From an uncultured Lachnospiraceae bacterium (GTDB lineage Bacteria > Bacillota > Clostridia > Christensenellales > UBA1242), in NCBI GenBank assembly GCA_964594865.1, contig CAZQMZ010000004.1, positions 8,952-72,951 on the forward strand: 64,000 nt of DNA. The letters are read 5' to 3'. The stretch's first letter is position 1. Each line of letters begins with the position of its first letter. The translations under genes were made by a program, and so were the position numbers. The notes beneath the pieces are model-generated. The model saw only the letters and a list, made by a program, of their open reading frames with translations, searched no databases and was not told the DNA's origin. Shown in pieces: positions 28,801 through 40,800 of the stretch.

Positions 28801-31800
28801 CGCTTATATATTGCTCAACATCAAAATCGGCCTCATAACTCCAAGTTATGTAATCTATGTTGAACGAACCATAGGTGTAATATTGTGTGTTTATCACAAC
28901 AGTAATCATAGCCATTGTGATAGAACCCGACAAAGAGCCACCATTTTCTGTCGACAGATTCAATTTATAGTTTGATGTGCCATTGCCTTGAAGTTCGGCT
29001 GTGACTGTGTATCCAGTTCCAACATAAATTGCAAGACTATCTCCGTCCCAGAATTTCACTTCAACGGTGACGTCACTGTCCACAATTCCGCTGACAACGC
29101 CACTTGATGCAGAATATTGATAAACCGCTTCGGCGTTGTTGAACGCATTTGTTATGGTGCTTTCTGCAAAATAGAGATTTCTTGGAGTGATTTCAAGAAC
29201 GAAAGCATATATTCCACCACTCTTTCCCATTCTCACATCATGTGTGGTGGATGATGCCCCGCTTGCATAGATGTAATAACTCCCCACATCCTTGCCCGTG
29301 CTTGCAAATGTCAAAGTTGCGGACAAGCCTTGCACAACCGCTGATGAAGAATAAGCCGTATAGACGCCATTGGAAAGAGTGTAGAACGCAAGAGAGAATG
29401 AAACAGAAGAATTCCAATCTGCGGTATACAAAACAATCTGCCATTTTCCTTCGGAATTGTCATACATCAACTGAATGTTGGTGTATTCGTTGCCGTCATA
29501 TTCCATTGTCATGGTGGAAAATTCATCGTCTTCGCTTCCTTCCACAAGCACATAGAGAATTTGTCCTTGAACGCTTGTGATTGCAAATGCTCCGTTGTCA
29601 CTCGAGTCTATGACGGTGACAATATAGTTTGTGGAAGAGTATTCTCCGTTAGTAATGCGATAATATCCAATTTCCGTTGAAGAAGAATTTCTTGTCAAAG
29701 TCAAATCCACATTTTCATAGAGCGGTGATGTGGCGGTGTATGGCACATCTGTTCCGTTCAGTGTTGTGCCATATTCCACCGAAATTTGCCCGTCAGTCTC
29801 AAAGGTTACGTTGAATGTATATGGATTGATTGTGATTTGCCCTTCATACTTTGTGATTGAATAGTTTGAGCCACTCATTATGTTGGAAATTTCAATGGTG
29901 TAAGTGCCGGCATACACATATCCAAGTGAAGATGTTGTTGGCAATGCGTTTGAAGAGTCATAGATTGTGATTTGAAGAGAATAATAGGATGTCGAAATTG
30001 TTGATGAGCCACTCGTCACGGTGATATAATTTGCAATTCCGGTCAAAGTGCCGTTGGAATAAATCAAATCTCCATATGTGAATGTGGTTTCTGAAAGATT
30101 TATTGTTGCAGTTGCATAAGTGATTTCTCCGGTGCTTAAAGTAGTGTAGTCCAACTGATAATTCACTGCATCATCGCCAATGACTGACAGAGTGATTGTC
30201 TTTCCGGTTCCAACATTTGCGTCAGTGAAACGCACATAAATGCTGACATCATCATCTTCAAGACCAATCGATGAGCCATTTGAATATTCGCTCACTGTCA
30301 TTATGGTTGTTGCATCATATGTCTTTGAGAAAGTGATGTCACTTGTTGTGATTGTCGCCTTTTCAATCTCAAAATAATATGACGTTATAAACACAACTGC
30401 CACATAACCGGTTGCCGAAGCACTTAGGCTCAAAAGATAACTACCCGCATTTTTGAATGTTGTTGTGCTTGAGCCATAGAATACCGAAAAAGCCTCCAAG
30501 CTCACATCATTCACTGTAGATCCGTTTTGATCGGTGAATTCAAGCTCAACTGTTTTGTTGTCAATCGAAAGCGTTGGTGTTCCTCCGGCCGTCAGTGTCG
30601 CTGTTATTGTGTGTGACTCTCCGTCGTAAACAATCGACAATAGGTCTTCATCTTTCAAAGTGATGTAAAGAATTGCGCTTGTGTCGTCGACAATATAGAA
30701 ACCGTTGTTGTCTTCTGGAACAACCACAATCACACTGCCGTTTGAAACGCAGATGTTGTTTGTGTTGGTGTTGGTGCTGTCAAGTGCAAAGTCATATTGT
30801 CCCGTTGTGTCTCCGTCCGTCAGTGGGTCACCGTCATCATCCACAACTTGAAGATAGATTGTGAGTTCGTCGCCCGTTGCGGTGACTGTTTGGTCCAAAG
30901 TGTAATATGATGCAATCGCAGAGCCGACAATTTGTGTGACATAGTTTTCAGGAATGAGTGCAGTCACCGGCAAAGCTGTCACTTCGAATTCAGCGGACTT
31001 GATTGTCATTTCAAAATCGTTGAACCAACTGCCTTCTCCGCTGATAATATACTCTCCTGCATAAATAAATCCGTTTGCGTTGCTTCCAACACTTCCAGGT
31101 GATGAAAGAGACAGTGAATATTGCATGGTGTAATATCCACTTGTCAACAGCGACAGAACATCATTATTTTCGCCATCAACAACACTGTCAATGCTGACAT
31201 AGTTTTCAAAATTCGCTGTTGAAATTGTTCCATAAGTGAACTCATCTTGACTGACTTTCAAAGTCAAAGTTGCACTAAGTTTCGTGATTGTTCCTGTCAA
31301 ATTTGAAGTCGACAATTTGAAATTGTTGACATTCAAAGACGAATCTGACGATGCGTATAATCTCAAAGTCACACCCCATGTGCCTACGTGTGAAGATTCA
31401 TATGTCGCCACAATTTGCAAGCCGTCATAAATTTGCAAACCGTCATATTCTGCCACATCAATTGTGTCTGTGTTGGTTCCGTCATAAACTTTTGAAAGAG
31501 CAAGATTGGAAACGTCAATCTCAATTTGGTTTATGACAAACTGATAAATCGACTGCATATCCACAGAAGAATAATATTTTGAAAATGTTCCAACTCCAAA
31601 TTGGAAGGTGTATGTTCCAGCATTGACAGCCGTTGAAAGCTGTTCTGTCTGGAAGAAATATGCCGTCACTTCGCTTAAATGTTGTTTCAAAATTGACAAT
31701 GTTTCACCTTCAATTATGTCACCCGTGTTTAAATCATAGAGTGTCAACTCAAGAGTGATTTGTGAATCGTCCGCTCCCGTGATGACAAGCTCCAAATCGT

Positions 31801-34800
31801 TGGTCAATTTGACAGTATATCCGCCTGTCAGAAAAGCTGCAGAAACAACCTGCTCATCAAAACTCAATCTCAACGTCGAACTTGCCGTAATTGTGAATGT
31901 TCCAACTGCTGTGGTTTGACCAGCGCTAGTTAAGCCGTTTTCATCATAAAGTGTGGTTTCACCATATTTGAAAATATAGTTGCTGTTTTGAGCGATTGTC
32001 GATGACAAGAAAATGTCATAGTCTCCCACATCTTCGCCCGATTCACGAGTCAAGTAAATTGTGATACTCTCATAAGTTTGAGTGATGTATATTGTTTTGT
32101 CAAGTGAAGTTTCGACGCCATTGAAAACTTTTGATGAATCCAAGTCATAATCTTGCAAATCAATTTCAAGTGGAGTGATTGTGAAAGCGAAATAATAATA
32201 ATCTTCTTGCGAGTTGTATGAAATCCCCGAAAGTTGAAGACTTCCTGAAACGTCAAAAACCTCACTATTGAAAATCAAACGAATTTCATACTCTCCAACA
32301 TCTGTCATTGATGTGACAAGCTGATTGTTAAGATAGATTTCAATGGTTGCATAGTCATTTTCAAGATAGTTTATTTCCAATGTGCCAGCTTCTTCGCTGT
32401 AAGAATCGCTATTTCTATCCCATATTTGCATGGACGCTTCAACCGACCAAGAATAGATGTAATCACTGTTTGAATATGTTCCACTCACAATGTCACCAAC
32501 TTCCAGTCCAGTGATTTGCAATCTCATAAATTCGACATCAAAATCAACATTTCTTGTGACAACTTTCACTGTGGAGTCATCAAAACAATCGACATATTCC
32601 GATTTCATGGTTGCTGTCACAACAATTCGATAACTTCCAGAATCATCAACCATCCCGCCGTTTGCAAATGTGTATGATTCGCCGGAAGTCAAAAGTTCAT
32701 ATTCATCTGTGTTTTCATTAAGTTTATACCAAGTGAAAGAATATTCATATAGCGTCGTGTTTGTGTTGTATAGAGTGAAGATGTCGGTATAATATAATTG
32801 CGTCACAGAAGAAATTGTGTTGTAATAATAATACATAAATTGAGAAAGAGTGATTGTCAGTTCTGTGTGCCATCTCACATCCGCATAAATTGGTGAGAAG
32901 ATGTTGGAGTAATATCCCACATATTCGCCGTCGCTTCCTGTGAACAAATCTTCAAAAGCAACTCCGTTCACTGTCAAAACGGCCGTTCCAAAATTCAATT
33001 CGCTTGGATAAGTGAAATCGTCAATAGTTGTTTCTCCAAGTTTGATGAAGGTATATTCAATGCTTCCAACAGGTGTGTATGAGACAGGATAGTTATATGA
33101 GAAATTCACGCGCACCAAATCGGTGTAAATGGCGTCAAGCTCGACATATGCCATTTCATCCCCATTGTCCTCCACTGTCACTGCGATGTATTGTGATGTG
33201 TCAGATCTTTCGACTGTGTCTTCATCGTCGTCCCAAAGCATTATGAGAGTGAGATTTGCACTGCTTTCCATTGTGCCGTCAACACCCGTTTCGGTGAATT
33301 CACCTTGGATCCATTTATAAAGCCCGATATAATCTCCAACCATTTTTGTAGTGTTGAAGACCACTTCTGTGACAAGCTTGTTGACATAGAGAGAAAGTTG
33401 TCCGTTTGCTTGACTTAAAATTTGCAACAAAGTCACATCTCCAACAATGACTGTGTCAAGATCACTTTCCGATAGATTTAAATAGATTTCGCCGGAATCG
33501 TCTTCAAGGTCATAATAAATTCCTTGAACGCCAACCGTTTCAAAATTAATGCCAGCGCTGGTCAAATCTTCATAAGTCTGCACGCTGTCTGTTATGGTGA
33601 GATATTTCATCGACAGAGTGACAAGTGCAACATCATCCACTCTCTTGATTGTGAACGAAGAGGATGTGATAAGTTTGAATCTGTTGGTTATGTCGGAATA
33701 ATACACAATATCATTGCTGGTATATTGATATAAAACACTGACATCCGAGAAGAAAAGATAGTTTTTAAAATCGGTGAATGTGAAAACTGTGTCGGCGCCA
33801 TATTGTCCGCCATTGGATGTGAACAGTTCGGCATAAACATACAAACTGTTGCCGACAGAATAATATATGTCGCCATACACAATCTCCGATTGATCGCTTC
33901 CAACCCAAGCAATTTGCCTTGTTGAATCTTCATAGTCCGAAGAATAATAGACATATGTTTCCAAATTCTCAACAGTCAAAATTTGTGGGAAAATATACCC
34001 CATCACGCCGTCCATTATGATGTAATATGTGCTTCCGCTTGAAGAAACGTCATAGTTGTCCAAAAGTGAAGAATAGGAGAGATATAACCTTATGGAATAA
34101 CTTCCCCTTGCGCTCAAAGAGATTCCGTCCAAAGATGTCGAAATGACGATGTTTGAAATGGTTATAATTTCGCTACTGTTAACCCCTGTGATTGAGCCCA
34201 GAGAATAATAACTATCAAGATACACCGAAGCACTGCTGTTTGAAAAGTCATAGTATGCAAAGAAGATTGTGTTTTCTTCAATTTCTTGAACAATTTCGGC
34301 GTTTTCTTCTGCTTCTATAAATTCGATGTAATCGCCATACGTCCATTCTTTGTAAGTGCGCACTTCGTCGCCGTCATTGGTGTCCATGAGAAGATAATAT
34401 TTTGTCATGAGATATTTATATGTTGCCAAATAAAGTTCGTCGCCCGATAAAGATGAAATAATTTCTTCTCCCAAAGTGTTGACAGCAAAATTATACAATC
34501 CTTCAAGAGAATTGACCGAACTCAATGTGCTGTTTATGCTGGCATCCAAAAACGGTTGCATAATTCTTTTGATGTTGGATACATAGATGCTTGAAAGAAC
34601 GGAATCAGAAAGGTCTTCCAAAGACAAAGTTAAAGACGCTTTTGAAACAGTGACATAAATGGTGATTGAGACAGAGAAAACTGTCCCGACATTCATATAG
34701 GTTGCAGTGTCGGTGATTGTGTATGTGAAAGTGAGAGAATATGTCCCAGCATTTCTGACTGTGAAAGATTGGAACGAGTTGTCTATGACAGCATTTCCTA

Positions 34801-37800
34801 TTGTTGTCAAGGTGAAATTGCTCTCCACAGTGTCGCTTGTCGGCGAGAACGAAACAGTGTTGTCACTCACATTCACTACAATTCCAGAAGAAGAATAATT
34901 GTCGACACTGAAATAGTCAGCAAGATAAATCGTGTGATCTGTTCCGTCATAAACCAAGCCCGAAATGGTGTTGCTCGACAAAGACAAGGAATAATATTCA
35001 CTCTCCACGCTCCACATTGCATAGAGTGTGAGAACCGGTGTGGTGACATCATTTCCAAAGGCAAAGGAGAGCAAACTGTTGTTGAAGACGGTGTCGTTTG
35101 AAACAACCACCATTGATTGTCCGCTGATCAAATACCACCCTTCAAAAACGAAGCCTTCACGCACCGGCGTTGGAAGTCCAGAGTTATTAAGAAGTGTGGC
35201 AAAAGTTTGGTCATAAGTCAAAGAATAGGTTTCGGTTTCATTGTAATTGTCTCCAACCGTGCCCCCGTTGGCGTTGAAAGTTATGTTGTATGTGTTTGCC
35301 GTCCACCTTGCATAAAGAGTCAACAGACTTGATGTGTTTGAATATGAATAAGTTTCAGTTGAATCGTATTGCCATTCGCGTGAAGCATTTGTATAGCCAG
35401 TCATGTTTTCCACCAACACACCATTGTCGTCGATGAGAATGTCATCTCCACCTTCTGTCAGCGTCCAGCCTATGAAGGTATAGCCATTTCTTGAAGGATT
35501 TGAGATGATTGACGACAGACTTGAAGAATCAAATGTGGCGACAGTGATCGTGCTTCCTGTTACGGTTGCGTTGGTGTTTGACAATGTGATTGAAGTGGTG
35601 CTGGCAGTCCAACGGATATAAAAATTCACGACAATATTTGTGCTGTCACCAATGAAATATGAAACATTTGTGGACAAGACCGTGTCTTCTGTCAAACTGC
35701 CAGAGCTGTTGCCCGTATTCCAATACCAATAGTTGTATAACGCTTTATAATAGCCCGTTCTGTATGTGAAAAGGTTGGACAAACTCTCGCTTTCACCTTC
35801 CGGAATGATGTCATCCAGCTCGATTGATAAGCCCGAATTGAAATAGAGTTTTTCTTCCAAATAATATGTCTCGTCAGTAGTTTTATTGCCCTCTGCATCG
35901 TAAACAGTGCCACCTTTTCCGTCACCATAATCTGAAGAAGAGCCCGTTCCGGAATAAAATTCAAAAGTGATTGTTTTTTGCTTCAAGATTGGAACAACAT
36001 AGACCGACCCTGCGCAAACACCATCCAAAATTGTGCTCTCTTCCATATCTTCTTGAATTTCGGTTAACCAACCTGAAATTGAAAGAGTGATTGTTCCGTC
36101 ATTCGCAAAGACTTCATTTCCATTTGCGAAAGAGCTTTCATACAACACATTCCCTTCGCTGTGTCCGTCGCTTGAATAGACGCGATAACCCACCGCATAA
36201 TATCCATTCGCATAACTTCCACTCAAGTACATGGTGAGCGTGTCATCTTGAAAAGAAGTGCTGGATGAGTATGTATACGTGCCGGCGTTCATCGAAACAG
36301 AAAGTCCGCTGCTTGCCGTCGTCCGATTTGTTTCACCGTTTCCGTTATAGTCATCCACATCAATCCATGCTGACGAAGTGTCGACTGTCACGGTGACTTG
36401 CTTTTTGACATAAATGGCATAGGCATCCACCGAAAATTGCATTGTGTATAAGCCAGAGCCTGCCGTTGCTGCAACTCCATAGAGAGAACTGAAAGAATAT
36501 TCTCCATTTGAAACGAAGCGATAATATGGTGTCACGCCGTCTAAATCATCCGAACTGCGAACAAACCAGCCCAACAAATAATAGCCATTATCACTTGTTG
36601 ACGAACTCAAATTTACAGTGTCACCATATCTGACTTCGGTCAAATCTCTGTCCGAAACCTCCACCAAGGAAACAGTTGTGGTGACATCATCGCTTGTTTC
36701 TCCAGTCCCACTGTTGCTGTTAAGATACTCCAAAAGACTTGAAGAATTATAAATTGTGCCGTTTTGTGAAATCAAATTTTCCTGTGAAAGACTTGAATAA
36801 TCATAATATCTTGTGCTGAAATTTATTGAATAGTCAATTTCTTCGCAATAAATGATGATTGTATAGCGTCCATTTGCCAAAGAATTAGAGTAATTGAGTG
36901 TGATGTAGTGCGTCAAATAACTTGCACTTGTTCCGGGATATACATAATAAAGGTTGTTCAAAGTTATGTATGTATCCAAGTTGTCTTCAAAAGTCCCCAT
37001 ATAATTCGTGTCTTCTTCTCCCTCACTGTTCAACACACCTATGACAGAAAATCTTATATTTCCGCCTGCGCCAAAGCTAAATTCACTACTGCTATCGGCA
37101 GAAAACTTATAATATTCCGTCGCTTCAACAGAGAAAGAAATTGTGCCAGCCTCTCCTGTTGCAACACTCTGTGAAGATGTTTCATCAGAGAAATATGCCG
37201 TTGGAGAATAAGATGCAATCGTGTTTCCGTTCTTATCAACAACAGACAATTCAAACATTGCCATGGTATATTCAGTGACGACGCTGAGTGAACCAGTTGC
37301 GGAAGTTGTTTTGTAAACACCAGCAAATTCCATTAAAAGTTTGTTTTGATATTCAGATGTTAGTTCTGAAGTGCCAATAGAGCTTGAATCTAACCCTGTT
37401 GGACTATTGAGATAACTTCGTGTGAAGCTGAGAGACTCGCTTTCAGTTGAAAAGAGCATAACGAAAGAGGTGAGAGAAGTGTATGTGAATGTTCCGTTCC
37501 ACGTTGAATTGTCAGTCGATGACACTGTGAGTTCCAAAAGTTGAGTTTGTGTTGACGAATCCAAACTTTCTCCCAAATCAGTGAGAGTGATGGTTGTTCC
37601 AGTGCCCGTAATGCATTGGAAAAGATAATAGTTATATTGTTGATCGCCGAGAGTGTATCTCACATATACATTTGTGAGACCGTTGTTAAACACCCCACTG
37701 ATAAAATATTCTGAAACCGAGAAGATGAAAGTGTGGTTCAAGAAATCGTATGCAACATAACAATCATTCGATTCTAGCAAAAGGTTTAAAACATATTCAT

Positions 37801-40800
37801 ATTCGTTTTCTGCATTCCCGTTTCCATCAACCCAGCCAAGAACATAAAGAATGTCAGTCCAAGTTATTGCTCCCTCTCCAGCACGAACTTCCAAATTTGA
37901 AGAATAAACCCCATTTTCTGATGAAATGGAAAAGGTCTGAATTGGAGAAATGCCAAAATAGACATTGTTGGAAAAGGTTATATTATCTGTGTAAACATCT
38001 CTTTCGATTTCAATTGTCGTTGAATATTGTCCAACCAAATGACAATAGGAAGCATATGCGGTTTTATTGTAATCTTTAACACCTGAAGACCCTTGACACA
38101 CACCAAAATTCGAATCACCGCCACTGACAAGAGTCAAAGCAGGAGAGCTTGTGAAAGAATAGCCATCCTTAAGCGTAATCTCAAATTCGATATAATCACT
38201 CTCTGTGGCACTATACAAAGTGTAATAATTAATTTGAATGCTTCCGTTTTCAATGGCAGAACCGCTCCATTGTTTTCCAGCACCTTCAACAACAGTACCG
38301 TTGACATAGCACTTCATTGTGATTGTGTCAACTATATTTGAAAAGTCTTCACCGTCTTCCGTTGTGAAATTTATGGTCACATAATTTCCGTCCTTTTCAG
38401 TCCCTTGCCATTGGGCGTAAACAACGGCAATATATTCATCATTCTCGCTGCTGACTCCCGTGATATTTTCCGTGACGTATCCACTATAACTCCAAGAACT
38501 TGTTAGATATTCATCTTCGTATAAACCGCTGATTTCAAAATTGCCCTCTCGCAAGGCAGTCAGCGAACTAGAAGAGTTGTAATAATACGGAATTTCGAAA
38601 ATATAACCATAGTCAGATATATTGGATGCATATGGCAAAAAGTAATCAATATAAACTTTGTTTCCGTCAATCTTGAATGTCGACCCTGTGATGATGTTTC
38701 CATCGCTGTCATACACTTGTCTGTCAAGATAAGAGGCGCTTGCGTTGCTTGTGGCACTGAAATTGTTGATCTCATAGATGTTGTAAACCACACGAACAAT
38801 GATGTCTGTTTCTTCCCAAACTGCGTTTAACCCAGAGATTGCCTTTTCAAGATTTGATGACAAATCGTCAACATCACTCTCGTCTTGATACGTGTATCCA
38901 GTGAGCATATATCCTTCTTTAACCACGATGTCATAATTTTCAAGCCCTTCGCTCAAATTTTTAGGCAAAACTGTGACACCGAAAGTGCTGTCGATTCCGC
39001 TGACATCAAGCACTGTCCCGTTTCCATTGACAAGAACGTGATATTCGCCCAAATATACATCGGAAGTTGAAAGTGTCAAATCTTCGGCGCTTTTTCTATA
39101 AAAAACTCCGCCGTCGCCATTTATTGTGATGTCATAAGCCGTGTTAAATGAACCGTCAACTGTGATTGAGTTTTCATCGATTTCGCCATCTGCTGTCAAA
39201 TTGTTCTTGCCATAAACGACATAGACTGATGTTGAAACTACTGTGATTGATTTGACATAACCGTCAGCGCTTCCAACATCAACAACTTCGGAATCATCAC
39301 GGCAATTGATTATGTATGTATAATCGCTAGCGGCTGCCACAATTGTGCCGAAATATGTTGTCGAAGAACCGGTTTCTGTCCCAACATATCTCACGTCAGA
39401 CAAAATCAAATTTTTGATGACAGCATTTTCTGTTTTTGCAAAAAGTCCATAATAGGTGTAATTCATCTGCAAAGAGCAAGTCAACCCACTTATTGTGTGA
39501 TTGTTTCCGTCAAAAACTCCATTAAATGCCGTGCTAAGACCGATTGGAGTCCAAGTGCGTCCCGCAAGGTCGATGTCATTTTGAAGAGAGAAATAATATA
39601 ATGTTTCAAGCGAAGTGCTGTTCGCATACAACATCGAAACATACACCAAATCTCCAGCTGTTTTGATCAAATATGGCGACGAAGCCGTACCTTCGCCTTC
39701 CAACAGCAAACTTGAATCGTTGTCAGCGTTTCCAGAAATTGAAATATAAGGAAGGCTGTCATTCACGCTGGAACTTATTTTCCAAATCGAAGAAAAGTTC
39801 CAAGTCCCCGATGATCCCCAATTTCCGCTGTATGTATAAAAATCTTTTGTGCGAGCCAAAGTTTCCAAGCCTGTCAAATTTGTGGTTGTTGTGTTGTCAA
39901 TTGTTGATTCATAATACACACAAGTTTGTGAAAGAGTGGCTGAGCCGTAGTTTCCACAAATCTCTCCCGCGTTAACACTTGTCCCAGAGTTTGTTGAAAT
40001 TGTGGAAATCGCAAAACTGTTGTGAATATATGCATTACTCGACGTTTCCCCAATCAATCCACCAATGTTGACATAGCTTCCCCAAGAGCTGATGGTTCCG
40101 GAAAAATAAACATGATTAAATTCAACCTCGACTTCTGAACTTCCAACCAATCCGCCGATTGACACACCATCCGATGGCTCATTGTCTGCCCCATTTTGGA
40201 TTGTGCAAACACTATATGAATCTGTCATACTGAATTCTATGTTTGATGAACTGCTTGACCCCGACAACGAAGCCAAACCCACAATTCCGCCCACATAAGA
40301 AGAGCTCGAACTCTTTATTTCTCCAGAAGTGTAACACATGTAAATCTTTCCTTGAAAATTTCCAACAAGTCCGCCCACAGCTGTGGCACCTGTGGCAGAA
40401 ATGTTTACATCTGTCATACATTCTTGCAAATTATCCTGGGAATCGTTTGTGCTTGAGCTTACTCTAAACATCCCGACCAAACCACCAACATAAGTCGATG
40501 ACTCTGTGGAAATTTCTCCTTGCACAGTGCAGTTTGAAATTATTCCACTTCTGTTTGTTGTTGTGCTGAATGCACCAGCAAGCCCGCCAACATATGTGGC
40601 TGACGCAGTCACGTTAAGATTTCTCAAATGTAAATTAGAAATTGTTGCATTTGAACCGAGATTGCCAAAGAAACCCACATAACCGTTGTTCGCTTGATTA
40701 ATGTTTAAGTTATAGACATAATATCCATTGCCATTAAATGTCCCAGAAAAACCGTTTGAGCCACCAATTGGCATCCAACTTTCGCTGTTCCAATCTATGT

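Noticed and set aside
23036-40467. Dozens of 60-115-aa plus-strand ORFs inside the giant gene, for example 25745..26089, 29242..29580, 34769..35101 and 37750..38079.
   Set aside because: They are shadow ORFs opposite an 18-kb coding frame. They have no SD sequences and low-complexity or Cys/His-rich translations, and none approaches the length expected of an independent gene.
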